Origin: Escherichia phage T4
Direction: 5' to 3' (one strand)
Length of the DNA stretch: 64,000 nucleotides
Sequence record: MZ375356.1
Within the stretch, counting starts at the first letter, position 1, and each line of letters opens with the position of its first letter. Positions 30,734 to 42,639 of the stretch are shown in pieces. The translations under genes and the position numbers were made by a program. Under the pieces are notes generated by a model. The model made no database searches and was not told the DNA's origin. It saw only the letters and a program-made list of their open reading frames with translations.

Positions 30734-31298
30734 TTTTTATTTGTATTCAATAACTAATAAAACAACAGAAAAAATTTATGTAGGCGTCCACAAAACTTCA
30801 AATTTGGATGATGGGTATGGGTTCTGGCGTTGCCATTAAAAATGCCATTAAAATATGGCATAGATAATTTTTATAAGCATATTATAAAATTCTTTGAATC
30901 TGAAAAAGCTATATGACGCAGAGGCAGAAATAGTCACAGAGGAATTTGTTAAATCTAAGAAAACTTATAATATGAAACTAGGCGGTATCGGTGGCTTCCC
31001 AAAACATAACACAGCGGGTGCTAAAAATGGATTTTACGGTAAATCTCATTCGCGTGAAACTAGATTGAAAATTAGCATTAAATCGTCTAGAAAAAGAGGG
31101 CCTAGAGGGCCTAGAGGTAAAACTCTGAAGATGTGTGGCGCCAATAACCCAAGGTATGGCAAAATAGCCCCTAATGCTAAATCTGTTATCAACGGCGTTT
31201 TATATAAAAGTATTAAAATCGCAGCTAAAGCTCTTAATATAAATTATAGTACCTTAAAGGGGCGAGTTAAAGCGGGGTATTATAAATGCCAGGATTAA
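30734..31298 (+). pseudogene. GIY-YIG (seg-like) homing endonuclease remnant; catalytic domain shattered by frameshifts, C-terminal DNA-binding domain retained as a 134-codon ORF
   Basis: No ATG; YLYSITNKTTEKIYVGVHKTSNLDDGYGF then stop; shifted fragments GSGVAIKNAIKIW and DNFYKHIIKFFESEKA; ORF 30894..31298 has ...YNMKLGGIGG, NUMOD-like GKSHSRETRLKIS and a helix-turn-helix-like tail. Confidence 0.6.
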
Positions 31299-31579
31299 GT
31301 TATGATAAGTGTGTTACTGCTGGCCATGAAGCGTGGCCTCCAACAGTTGTGAATGCTACACAAAGTAAAGTATTCACTGGAGGAATTGCTGTTCTCGTAG
31401 CAGGCGATCCAATTACAGAACATACAGAAATTAAAAAGCCGTATGAAACACATGGCGGAGTGACACAACCTAGAACTTCTAAGGTATATGTCACTGGAAA
31501 GAAAGCTGTTCAAATGGCTGATCCAATATCATGCGGTGATACTGTGGCTCAGGCATCATCTAAAGTATTCATTAAATAG
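31286..31579 (+). CDS. 5.4: gp5.4 PAAR-repeat spike tip protein
   Basis: 97 aa [36 protein letters not shown]..., recognised as T4 gp5.4. Confidence 0.85.
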   Translation: MPGLSYDKCVTAGHEAWPPTVVNATQSKVFTGGIAVLVAGDPITEHTEIKKPYETHGGVTQPRTSKVYVTGKKAVQMADPISCGDTVAQASSKVFIK

Positions 31580-31587
31580 GATTTAAA

Positions 31588-33570
31588 ATGGCAAATACCC
31601 CTGTAAATTATCAATTAACAAGAACAGCAAATGCTATTCCCGAGATATTCGTCGGGGGTACATTTGCTGAAATAAAACAAAACCTCATTGAATGGCTTAA
31701 TGGCCAAAATGAATTTTTGGATTATGATTTTGAAGGCTCAAGATTAAACGTTCTGTGTGACCTTTTAGCTTATAATACATTATACATTCAGCAGTTTGGT
31801 AATGCTGCTGTGTATGAAAGCTTTATGCGTACTGCTAACTTACGAAGTTCAGTTGTTCAAGCTGCACAAGATAACGGATATTTACCTACTTCAAAATCCG
31901 CTGCGCAGACCGAAATTATGTTAACATGCACTGACGCATTGAATAGGAATTACATTACTATTCCTCGCGGAACTCGCTTTTTAGCATATGCAAAAGATAC
32001 TTCTGTTAATCCATATAACTTCGTTTCTACCGAAGACGTTATTGCTATTCGTGATAAAAATAACCAATATTTTCCGCGTTTAAAATTGGCCCAGGGACGT
32101 ATAGTAAGAACTGAAATCATTTATGATAAATTAACACCTATTATCATTTATGATAAAAATATTGATAGAAACCAGGTTAAATTATACGTTGATGGAGCGG
32201 AATGGATTAACTGGACGAGAAAGTCAATGGTTCATGCTGGTTCAACATCAACGATTTACTATATGCGTGAAACTATTGATGGAAACACTGAATTCTATTT
32301 TGGTGAAGGTGAAATTTCTGTTAATGCTTCTGAAGGAGCTTTGACCGCTAATTATATCGGAGGTATTAAACCTACTCAGAACTCTACGATTGTTATTGAG
32401 TACATTAGTACTAATGGTGCTGACGCGAACGGAGCAGTCGGATTTTCATACGCAGATACATTAACAAATATAACTGTCATCAATATTAATGAAAATCCAA
32501 ACGATGATCCAGATTTTGTTGGGGCAGATGGAGGCGGTGATCCAGAAGATATTGAGCGTATTCGCGAATTGGGTACTATTAAACGCGAAACCCAACAACG
32601 ATGCGTAACTGCGACTGACTATGATACATTCGTTTCAGAGAGATTTGGTTCTATTATTCAAGCTGTTCAGACTTTCACTGATTCTACTAAACCTGGGTAT
32701 GCATTTATTGCTGCTAAACCTAAATCAGGATTGTATTTAACTACCGTACAGCGTGAAGATATTAAAAATTATCTCAAAGACTATAATTTAGCTCCTATTA
32801 CGCCATCAATTATTTCTCCTAATTATCTTTTTATTAAGACTAATTTAAAAGTCACATATGCTTTAAATAAACTGCAAGAATCCGAACAGTGGCTTGAAGG
32901 TCAAATAATTGATAAAATTGATCGCTATTATACCGAAGATGTAGAAATTTTTAACTCGTCTTTCGCTAAATCTAAGATGTTGACATATGTAGATGATGCA
33001 GATCATTCTGTCATTGGTTCATCAGCGACTATTCAAATGGTTCGTGAAGTACAAAACTTCTATAAAACGCCTGAAGCGGGTATTAAATACAATAATCAAA
33101 TAAAAGATCGTTCTATGGAATCTAATACGTTTTCATTTAATTCTGGACGAAAGGTTGTAAATCCTGATACTGGTTTAGAAGAAGATGTATTATATGACGT
33201 TCGTATAGTATCAACAGACCGAGATTCTAAAGGAATTGGTAAAGTTATTATTGGTCCATTTGCTTCTGGCGATGTTACAGAAAATGAAAACATTCAGCCG
33301 TATACAGGCAACGATTTTAACAAATTAGCAAATTCTGATGGACGCGACAAATACTATGTTATCGGTGAAATAAATTATCCAGCTGATGTGATTTATTGGA
33401 ATATCGCTAAAATTAATTTAACATCTGAAAAATTTGAAGTTCAGACCATTGAATTATATTCTGACCCAACCGATGATGTTATCTTTACTCGCGATGGTTC
33501 ACTGATTGTATTTGAAAATGACTTACGTCCACAATACTTAACTATCGATTTGGAGCCTATATCACAATGA
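31588..33570 (+). CDS. 6: gp6 baseplate wedge protein
   Basis: 660 aa, T4 gene order and length. Confidence 0.9.
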   Translation: MANTPVNYQLTRTANAIPEIFVGGTFAEIKQNLIEWLNGQNEFLDYDFEGSRLNVLCDLLAYNTLYIQQFGNAAVYESFMRTANLRSSVVQAAQDNGYLPTSKSAAQTEIMLTCTDALNRNYITIPRGTRFLAYAKDTSVNPYNFVSTEDVIAIRDKNNQYFPRLKLAQGRIVRTEIIYDKLTPIIIYDKNIDRNQVKLYVDGAEWINWTRKSMVHAGSTSTIYYMRETIDGNTEFYFGEGEISVNASEGALTANYIGGIKPTQNSTIVIEYISTNGADANGAVGFSYADTLTNITVININENPNDDPDFVGADGGGDPEDIERIRELGTIKRETQQRCVTATDYDTFVSERFGSIIQAVQTFTDSTKPGYAFIAAKPKSGLYLTTVQREDIKNYLKDYNLAPITPSIISPNYLFIKTNLKVTYALNKLQESEQWLEGQIIDKIDRYYTEDVEIFNSSFAKSKMLTYVDDADHSVIGSSATIQMVREVQNFYKTPEAGIKYNNQIKDRSMESNTFSFNSGRKVVNPDTGLEEDVLYDVRIVSTDRDSKGIGKVIIGPFASGDVTENENIQPYTGNDFNKLANSDGRDKYYVIGEINYPADVIYWNIAKINLTSEKFEVQTIELYSDPTDDVIFTRDGSLIVFENDLRPQYLTIDLEPISQ

Positions 33571-36500
33571 CAGTAAAAGCACCTTCAGTCACTAGTCTCA
33601 GAATTTCCAAGTTATCCGCAAATCAGGTGCAAGTACGCTGGGATGACGTTGGTGCTAATTTCTACAAAATAGTAGAAATCGCTGAGACAAAAACAAACTC
33701 GGGGGAAAATCTCCCGAGTAATCAATATCGTTGGATTAATTTAGGATATACAGCAAATAATAGTTTCTTTTTTGATGATGCTGATCCATTAACAACATAC
33801 ATTATTAGAGTAGCCACAGCTGCGCAAGATTTTGAGCAGTCTGATTGGATTTATACCGAAGAGTTTGAAACTTTTGCTACAAATGCTTATACATTTCAAA
33901 ACATGATTGAAATGCAATTAGCCAATAAATTCATTCAGGAAAAATTTACTCTTAATAATTCTGATTATGTTAATTTTAATAATGATACTATAATGGCTGC
34001 ATTGATGAATGAATCATTCCAATTCAGCCCATCGTATGTTGATGTTTCATCAATAAGTAATTTTATTATTGGTGAAAATGAGTATCATGAAATACAAGGT
34101 TCTATTCAGCAAGTATGTAAGGATATTAACCGAGTTTATTTGATGGAATCAGAAGGAATTCTATATCTTTTTGAGCGCTATCAACCTGTAGTTAAAGTAT
34201 CCAATGATAAAGGACAAACCTGGAAAGCTGTAAAGCTCTTCAATGACCGTGTAGGATATCCTTTATCTAAGACAGTATATTACCAATCTGCGAACACAAC
34301 ATACGTTCTAGGATACGACAAGATTTTCTATGGCCGCAAATCTACTGATGTTAGATGGTCAGCCGATGATGTCAGATTTAGTTCTCAGGATATAACATTT
34401 GCTAAACTTGGCGACCAATTACATCTAGGATTTGATGTAGAAATTTTTGCCACTTACGCGACTTTACCAGCGAATGTATACCGCATTGCAGAAGCTATTA
34501 CTTGCACCGATGATTACATTTACGTTGTCGCCAGAGACAAAGTTAGATACATAAAAACGAGTAATGCACCTATAGATTCTGATCCATTATCTCCAACATA
34601 TTCGGAAAGACTTTTTGAACCTGATACCATGACTATAACCGGAAATCCTAAAGCAGTATGCTATAAAATGGATTCTATCTGTGATAAAGTTTTTGCTCTT
34701 ATTATTGGTGAAGTTGAAACATTAAATGCTAATCCTAGAACATCAAAAATAATTGATTCCACTGATAAAGGAATATATGTTTTAAATCATGACGAAAAAA
34801 CATGGAAAAGAGTTTTTGGTAATACCGAAGAAGAAAGAAGACGTATTCAACCCGGATATGCGAATATGTCAACTGACGGTAAATTAGTTTCTCTGTCTTC
34901 GAGTAATTTTAAATTTTTAAGTGATAATGTTGTTAATGACCCTGAAACTGCAGCAAAATATCAGTTAATTGGCGCTGTTAAATATGAATTTCCTCGTGAA
35001 TGGTTAGCTGATAAGCATTATCATATGATGGCATTTATAGCGGATGAAACATCTGATTGGGAGACTTTTACTCCTCAACCAATGAAATACTACGCAGAAC
35101 CATTCTTTAACTGGTCTAAAAAATCTAACACACGTTGTTGGATAAACAACTCTGATAGAGCTGTGGTAGTTTATGCTGATTTAAAATACACTAAAGTTAT
35201 AGAAAATATTCCGGAAACATCACCAGATAGATTAGTTCATGAATACTGGGATGATGGTGATTGCACTATAGTAATGCCAAATGTCAAATTCACTGGATTT
35301 AAAAAATACGCATCAGGAATGCTTTTCTATAAAGCCTCCGGTGAAATAATTTCTTACTATGATTTTAACTATCGTGTGAGAGATACAGTAGAAATTATTT
35401 GGAAGCCAACTGAAGTATTTTTAAAAGCATTTTTACAAAACCAAGAGCATGAGACTCCTTGGTCACCAGAAGAAGAGCGTGGATTAGCTGACCCTGATTT
35501 AAGACCATTAATTGGCACAATGATGCCTGATTCTTATTTGTTACAGGATTCGAATTTTGAGGCATTTTGCGAAGCATATATTCAGTATCTTTCTGATGGA
35601 TATGGAACTCAATACAATAATTTACGAAATTTAATTCGTAACCAATATCCACGAGAAGAGCACGCATGGGAATATTTGTGGTCAGAGATATATAAAAGAA
35701 ACATTTATTTAAATGCTGATAAACGCGATGCTGTTGCGAGATTCTTTGAATCACGTAGCTATGATTTTTATTCTACTAAAGGAATTGAAGCATCATACAA
35801 GTTTCTTTTTAAAGTTCTTTATAATGAAGAAGTTGAAATTGAAATTGAATCTGGGGCTGGTACTGAATATGATATAATCGTTCAATCTGATTCTTTGACT
35901 GAAGATTTAGTAGGACAAACGATTTATACGGCAACAGGAAGATGTAATGTTACTTATATAGAAAGAAGCTATTCTAATGGTAAATTGCAATGGACCGTAA
36001 CTATTCATAATCTTTTGGGACGATTAATTGCTGGTCAAGAAGTTAAAGCAGAAAGACTCCCTAGTTTTGAAGGCGAAATTATTCGTGGGGTTAAAGGAAA
36101 GGATTTGCTTCAAAACAATATAGACTATATTAATAGAAGTAGATCATACTATGTAATGAAAATTAAATCCAATTTACCTTCTTCCCGCTGGAAATCTGAC
36201 GTTATTCGTTTTGTTCATCCAGTAGGATTTGGATTTATAGCAATTACCCTTTTAACAATGTTTATTAATGTTGGTTTAACTCTTAAACATACAGAGACTA
36301 TAATTAATAAATACAAAAACTATAAATGGGATTCTGGATTGCCTACTGAATATGCCGACAGAATAGCTAAATTAACTCCAACCGGTGAAATTGAGCATGA
36401 TTCAGTAACAGGCGAAGCAATTTATGAGCCTGGCCCAATGGCTGATGTAAAATATCCTCTTCCTGATGACTATAATGCTGAAAATAATAATTCAATATTT

Positions 36501-36665
36501 CAAGGTCAATTGCCGTCTGAACGACGTAAATTAATGAGTCCTTTATTTGATGCATCTGGAACAACATTTGCGCAATTTAGAGATTTAGTTAATAAACGTC
36601 TAAAAGATAATATAGGAAATCCAAGAGACCCTGAAAATCCAACACAGGTTAAAATAGATGAATGA
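33567..36665 (+). CDS. 7: gp7 baseplate wedge protein
   Basis: 1032 aa, T4 gene order and length. Confidence 0.9.
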   Translation: MTVKAPSVTSLRISKLSANQVQVRWDDVGANFYKIVEIAETKTNSGENLPSNQYRWINLGYTANNSFFFDDADPLTTYIIRVATAAQDFEQSDWIYTEEFETFATNAYTFQNMIEMQLANKFIQEKFTLNNSDYVNFNNDTIMAALMNESFQFSPSYVDVSSISNFIIGENEYHEIQGSIQQVCKDINRVYLMESEGILYLFERYQPVVKVSNDKGQTWKAVKLFNDRVGYPLSKTVYYQSANTTYVLGYDKIFYGRKSTDVRWSADDVRFSSQDITFAKLGDQLHLGFDVEIFATYATLPANVYRIAEAITCTDDYIYVVARDKVRYIKTSNAPIDSDPLSPTYSERLFEPDTMTITGNPKAVCYKMDSICDKVFALIIGEVETLNANPRTSKIIDSTDKGIYVLNHDEKTWKRVFGNTEEERRRIQPGYANMSTDGKLVSLSSSNFKFLSDNVVNDPETAAKYQLIGAVKYEFPREWLADKHYHMMAFIADETSDWETFTPQPMKYYAEPFFNWSKKSNTRCWINNSDRAVVVYADLKYTKVIENIPETSPDRLVHEYWDDGDCTIVMPNVKFTGFKKYASGMLFYKASGEIISYYDFNYRVRDTVEIIWKPTEVFLKAFLQNQEHETPWSPEEERGLADPDLRPLIGTMMPDSYLLQDSNFEAFCEAYIQYLSDGYGTQYNNLRNLIRNQYPREEHAWEYLWSEIYKRNIYLNADKRDAVARFFESRSYDFYSTKGIEASYKFLFKVLYNEEVEIEIESGAGTEYDIIVQSDSLTEDLVGQTIYTATGRCNVTYIERSYSNGKLQWTVTIHNLLGRLIAGQEVKAERLPSFEGEIIRGVKGKDLLQNNIDYINRSRSYYVMKIKSNLPSSRWKSDVIRFVHPVGFGFIAITLLTMFINVGLTLKHTETIINKYKNYKWDSGLPTEYADRIAKLTPTGEIEHDSVTGEAIYEPGPMADVKYPLPDDYNAENNNSIFQGQLPSERRKLMSPLFDASGTTFAQFRDLVNKRLKDNIGNPRDPENPTQVKIDE

Positions 36666-37662
36666 TTCAAGTGTTATCTATCGTGCGATAGTTACTTCAA
36701 AATTTAGAACAGAAAAAATGTTGAATTTTTATAATTCAATTGGAAGTGGTCCGGATAAAAACACTATCTTTATCACATTTGGAAGATCAGAACCGTGGTC
36801 ATCAAATGAAAATGAGGTGGGCTTTGCCCCACCTTATCCAACCGATTCTGTATTAGGCGTAACTGACATGTGGACGCATATGATGGGAACAGTAAAAGTT
36901 CTTCCATCAATGCTTGATGCTGTTATTCCTCGCAGAGATTGGGGAGATACTAGATATCCGGATCCATACACATTTAGAATTAACGATATTGTAGTGTGTA
37001 ACTCAGCTCCTTACAACGCTACTGAATCAGGCGCTGGTTGGTTAGTGTATCGTTGTTTAGATGTTCCTGATACCGGAATGTGTTCAATAGCATCTTTAAC
37101 TGATAAAGATGAATGCCTTAAGTTAGGTGGAAAATGGACTCCTTCTGCTAGGTCAATGACTCCGCCTGAAGGTCGAGGAGATGCTGAAGGAACAATTGAA
37201 CCCGGAGACGGGTATGTGTGGGAATATCTATTTGAGATTCCGCCTGATGTATCTATAAATAGATGCACGAATGAATATATCGTGGTTCCTTGGCCTGAGG
37301 AATTAAAAGAAGACCCGACTAGATGGGGATATGAAGATAATCTCACTTGGCAACAAGATGATTTTGGATTAATTTACCGTGTTAAGGCAAATACTATCCG
37401 TTTTAAAGCATATTTAGATTCAGTTTATTTTCCTGAAGCTGCATTGCCAGGAAATAAAGGATTTAGACAAATATCAATAATCACGAATCCTCTTGAAGCT
37501 AAAGCTCATCCAAATGACCCAAACGTTAAAGCTGAAAAGGATTATTATGACCCAGAAGATTTAATGAGGCATTCGGGTGAAATGATTTATATGGAAAATA
37601 GGCCACCTATTATTATGGCAATGGATCAAACAGAAGAAATCAATATTCTGTTTACATTTTAA
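36658..37662 (+). CDS. 8: gp8 baseplate wedge protein
   Basis: 334 aa. Confidence 0.9.
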   Translation: MNDSSVIYRAIVTSKFRTEKMLNFYNSIGSGPDKNTIFITFGRSEPWSSNENEVGFAPPYPTDSVLGVTDMWTHMMGTVKVLPSMLDAVIPRRDWGDTRYPDPYTFRINDIVVCNSAPYNATESGAGWLVYRCLDVPDTGMCSIASLTDKDECLKLGGKWTPSARSMTPPEGRGDAEGTIEPGDGYVWEYLFEIPPDVSINRCTNEYIVVPWPEELKEDPTRWGYEDNLTWQQDDFGLIYRVKANTIRFKAYLDSVYFPEAALPGNKGFRQISIITNPLEAKAHPNDPNVKAEKDYYDPEDLMRHSGEMIYMENRPPIIMAMDQTEEINILFTF

Positions 37663-37667
37663 ATTAA

Positions 37668-37692
37668 GGGAGCCCATGGGCTCCCTTTTTCT
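37668..37692 (+). terminator. stem-loop gggagcccatgggctccc followed by TTTTTCTTT
   Basis: Immediately 3' of gene 8. Confidence 0.55.
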
Positions 37693-37693
37693 T

Positions 37694-37701
37694 TATAAAT
37701 A
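37694..37701 (+). promoter_or_regulatory. late promoter TATAAATA for gene 9
   Basis: Exact motif about 25 nt upstream of the gene 9 ATG. Confidence 0.55.
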
Positions 37702-37725
37702 CTATAAACTCATAAGGAAACCGCT

Positions 37726-38592
37726 ATGTTCATTCAAGAACCAAAGAAATTGATTGATACCGGCGAAATTGGTAACGCTTCTACTGGTGATATCTTATTC
37801 GACGGTGGTAATAAAATTAATAGTGATTTTAACGCAATTTATAATGCGTTTGGCGATCAGCGTAAAATGGCAGTAGCAAATGGCACTGGAGCAGATGGTC
37901 AAATTATCCATGCTACTGGATATTATCAAAAACACTCTATTACAGAGTACGCAACTCCAGTGAAAGTTGGCACTAGACATGATATTGATACCTCTACTGT
38001 AGGTGTTAAAGTTATCATTGAAAGAGGCGAACTCGGCGATTGTGTTGAATTCATTAACTCTAATGGATCAATATCAGTTACTAATCCTTTGACAATTCAA
38101 GCTATTGATTCAATTAAAGGTGTTTCAGGTAATTTAGTAGTAACTAGCCCATATAGTAAAGTTACTTTACGCTGTATTTCATCTGATAATTCTACGTCGG
38201 TTTGGAATTATTCTATTGAAAGTATGTTTGGACAAAAGGAATCACCAGCTGAAGGTACATGGAATATTTCTACATCTGGATCAGTTGACATTCCATTATT
38301 TCATCGTACTGAATACAATATGGCTAAATTGCTAGTTACGTGCCAATCGGTAGATGGAAGAAAAATTAAAACAGCAGAAATAAATATTCTTGTGGATACT
38401 GTTAATTCAGAGGTAATTTCTTCTGAATATGCTGTCATGCGAGTTGGGAATGAAACCGAAGAAGACGAAATCGCTAATATTGCATTTAGTATTAAAGAAA
38501 ATTATGTAACGGCGACTATAAGTTCTTCAACTGTCGGTATGAGAGCAGCAGTTAAAGTTATCGCTACGCAGAAAATCGGGGTGGCTCAATAA
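37726..38592 (+). CDS. 9: gp9 baseplate protein (long tail fibre socket)
   Basis: 288 aa. Confidence 0.9.
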   Translation: MFIQEPKKLIDTGEIGNASTGDILFDGGNKINSDFNAIYNAFGDQRKMAVANGTGADGQIIHATGYYQKHSITEYATPVKVGTRHDIDTSTVGVKVIIERGELGDCVEFINSNGSISVTNPLTIQAIDSIKGVSGNLVVTSPYSKVTLRCISSDNSTSVWNYSIESMFGQKESPAEGTWNISTSGSVDIPLFHRTEYNMAKLLVTCQSVDGRKIKTAEINILVDTVNSEVISSEYAVMRVGNETEEDEIANIAFSIKENYVTATISSSTVGMRAAVKVIATQKIGVAQ

Positions 38593-40400
38593 TGAAACAA
38601 AATATTAATATCGGTAATGTTGTAGATGATGGTACCGGTGACTACCTGCGTAAAGGTGGTATAAAAATAAATGAAAACTTTGATGAGCTTTATTATGAAC
38701 TCGGTGATGGTGATGTTCCATATTCAGCCGGTGCCTGGAAAACTTATAATGCTTCATCAGGACAAACATTAACAGCAGAATGGGGAAAATCATACGCTAT
38801 TAATACATCTTCTGGAAGAGTGACTATAAATCTTCCAAAGGGTACAGTTAATGATTACAACAAGGTAATTAGAGCTAGAGACGTATTTGCTACATGGAAC
38901 GTCAACCCAGTTACACTAGTAGCTGCTTCCGGCGATACGATTAAAGGGTCTGCAGTACCAGTTGAAATTAATGTTCAATTCAGCGATTTAGAACTAGTGT
39001 ATTGTGCCCCAGGACGTTGGGAATATGTCAAAAATAAACAAATTGACAAAATTACCAGTTCAGACATTAGTAATGTAGCTCGCAAAGAATTTTTAGTTGA
39101 AGTTCAAGGACAAACAGACTTTTTAGATGTTTTCCGTGGAACTAGTTATAATGTAAATAACATCAGAGTAAAACATCGTGGTAACGAATTGTATTACGGC
39201 GATGTGTTTAGCGAAAACAGCGATTTTGGCTCTCCAGGCGAAAATGAAGGAGAACTGGTTCCTCTTGATGGATTTAACATTCGATTAAGACAGCCTTGTA
39301 ATATTGGTGACACTGTTCAAATTGAAACATTTATGGATGGTGTATCACAGTGGAGAAGTTCATATACAAGACGTCAAATTAGATTGTTAGATTCAAAATT
39401 AACGTCAAAAACTTCTTTAGAAGGAAGCATTTACGTTACTGATTTATCAACAATGAAATCAATTCCATTTTCTGCTTTTGGATTAATTCCAGGAGAACCT
39501 ATTAATCCTAACTCTCTTGAGGTTCGTTTTAACGGGATTTTACAGGAATTGGCTGGCACAGTTGGAATGCCATTATTTCATTGTGTTGGTGCCGATTCAG
39601 ACGATGAAGTAGAATGCTCTGTTTTAGGTGGAACTTGGGAACAATCTCATACCGATTATTCAGTTGAAACTGATGAAAACGGCATACCAGAAATTTTACA
39701 TTTCGATAGAGTATTTGAGCATGGTGACATTATCAATATCACCTGGTTTAATAATGATTTGGGTACATTATTAACAAAAGATGAGATTATTGATGAAACT
39801 GATAATCTCTATGTATCGCAAGGACCTGGAGTAGATATTTCTGGTGATGTAAATTTAACAGACTTCGATAAAATTGGTTGGCCAAATGTAGAAGCAGTTC
39901 AATCTTATCAACGCGAATTTAATGCTGTTTCAAATATCTTTGATACGATTTATCCTATTGGAACTATATATGAAAACGCTGTTAATCCAAATAACCCTGT
40001 TACATATATGGGATTCGGCTCATGGAAATTATTTGGGCAAGGAAAAGTTTTAGTTGGATGGAATGAAGATATTTCGGACCCTAACTTTGCTCTAAATAAC
40101 AACGATTTAGATTCGGGTGGAAATCCTTCACATACCGCAGGTGGAACAGGTGGTTCTACTTCTGTTACATTGGAAAATGCTAATCTTCCTGCAACTGAAA
40201 CAGATGAAGAAGTTCTAATAGTTGATGAAAATGGATCAGTCATTGTTGGTGGGTGTCAATACGATCCAGATGAATCCGGTCCAATTTACACTAAATACCG
40301 TGAAGCTAAAGCATCTACTAACTCTACTCACACTCCGCCAACATCAATAACTAACATTCAACCATATATTACAGTTTATCGTTGGATAAGGATTGCATAA
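38592..40400 (+). CDS. 10: gp10 baseplate wedge protein
   Basis: 602 aa. Confidence 0.9.
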
Positions 40401-41059
40401 TGAGTTTACTTAATAATAAAGCGGGAGTTATTTCCCGCTTAGCCGATTTTCTTGGTTTTAGACCTAAAACTGGCGACATTGATGTAATGAATCGTCAATC
40501 AGTCGGGTCAGTGACAATATCTCAATTAGCGAAAGGATTTTATGAACCAAACATAGAATCAGCTATTAATGACGTTCATAATTTTTCTATAAAAGACGTT
40601 GGCACAATTATTACTAATAAAACTGGTGTTTCTCCTGAGGGTGTTTCTCAAACTGATTATTGGGCATTTTCTGGAACTGTAACAGACGATTCTCTTCCTC
40701 CGGGTTCTCCTATTACGGTATTAGTATTTGGTCTTCCAGTTTCAGCAACAACTGGAATGACGGCAATTGAGTTTGTTGCAAAAGTTCGCGTTGCACTACA
40801 AGAAGCTATTGCGTCATTTACTGCTATCAATTCATATAAAGACCATCCAACTGATGGTAGTAAATTAGAAGTTACTTATTTAGATAATCAAAAACATGTA
40901 TTAAGCACATATTCTACATATGGAATAACTATTTCCCAAGAAATTATATCTGAGTCTAAGCCTGGCTATGGTACATGGAATTTATTGGGCGCACAAACTG
41001 TAACTTTAGATAATCAGCAGACTCCTACAGTATTTTATCATTTTGAGAGAACAGCATGA
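40400..41059 (+). CDS. 11: gp11 baseplate wedge / short tail fibre attachment protein
   Basis: 219 aa from MSLLNNKAG within ORF 40382..41059. Confidence 0.85.
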
Positions 41060-42639
41060 GTAATAATACATATCAACACGTTTCTAATGAATCTCGTTAT
41101 GTAAAATTTGATCCTACCGATACGAATTTTCCACCGGAGATTACTGATGTTCAGGCTGCTATAGCAGCCATTTCTCCTGCTGGAGTAAATGGAGTTCCTG
41201 ATGCATCGTCAACAACAAAGGGAATTCTATTTCTTGCCACTGAACAGGAAGTTATAGATGGAACTAATAATACCAAAGCAGTTACACCAGCAACGTTGGC
41301 AACAAGATTATCTTATCCAAATGCAACTGAAACTGTTTACGGATTAACAAGATATTCAACCAATGATGAAGCCATTGCCGGAGTTAATAATGAATCTTCT
41401 ATAACTCCAGCTAAATTTACTGTCGCCCTTAATAATGCGTTTGAAACGCGAGTTTCAACTGAATCCTCAAATGGTGTTATTAAAATTTCATCTCTACCGC
41501 AAGCATTAGCTGGTGCAGATGATACTACTGCAATGACTCCATTAAAAACACAGCAGTTAGCTATTAAATTAATTGCGCAAATTGCTCCTTCTGAAACCAC
41601 AGCTACCGAATCGGACCAAGGTGTTGTTCAATTAGCAACAGTAGCGCAGGTTCGTCAGGGAACTTTAAGAGAAGGCTATGCAATTTCTCCTTATACGTTT
41701 ATGAATTCATCTGCTACTGAAGAATATAAAGGCGTAATTAAATTAGGAACACAATCAGAAGTTAACTCGAATAATGCTTCTGTTGCGGTTACTGGCGCAA
41801 CTCTTAATGGTCGTGGTTCTACGACGTCAATGAGAGGCGTAGTTAAATTAACTACAACCGCCGGTTCACAGAGTGGAGGCGATGCTTCATCAGCCTTAGC
41901 TTGGAATGCTGACGTTATCCACCAAAGAGGTGGTCAAATTATCTATGGAACACTCCGCATTGAAGACACATTTACAATAGCTAATGGTGGAGCAAATATT
42001 ACGGGTACCGTCAGAATGACTGGCGGTTATATTCAAGGTAACCGCATCGTAACACAAAATGAAATTGATAGAACTATTCCTGTCGGAGCTATTATGATGT
42101 GGGCCGCTGATAGTCTTCCTAGTGATGCTTGGCGCTTCTGCCATGGTGGAACTGTTTCAGCGTCAGATTGTCCATTATATGCTTCTAGAATTGGAACAAG
42201 ATATGGCGGAAACCCATCAAATCCTGGATTGCCTGACATGCGTGGTCTTTTTGTTCGTGGTTCTGGTCGTGGTTCTCACTTAACAAATCCAAATGTTAAT
42301 GGTAATGACCAATTTGGTAAACCTAGATTAGGTGTAGGTTGTACCGGTGGATATGTTGGTGAAGTACAGAAACAACAGATGTCTTATCATAAACATGCTG
42401 GCGGATTTGGTGAGTATAATGATTCTGGGGCATTCGGTAATACCCGTAGATCAAATTTTGTTGGTACACGTAAAGGACTTGACTGGGATAACCGTTCATA
42501 CTTCACCAATGACGGATATGAAATTGACCCAGAATCACAACGAAATTCCAAATATACATTAAATCGTCCTGAATTAATTGGAAATGAAACACGTCCATGG
42601 AACATTTCTTTAAACTACATAATTAAGGTAAAAGAATGA
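41056..42639 (+). CDS. 12: gp12 short tail fibre
   Basis: 527 aa. Confidence 0.9.

Noticed and set aside
31295-31513. Two overlapping minus-strand ORFs (72 and 64 aa)
   Set aside because: Fully contained antisense within the conserved PAAR gene 5.4; no independent signals.
35395-35754. 119-aa minus-strand ORF
   Set aside because: Antisense inside gene 7; AT-rich stop-poor frame.
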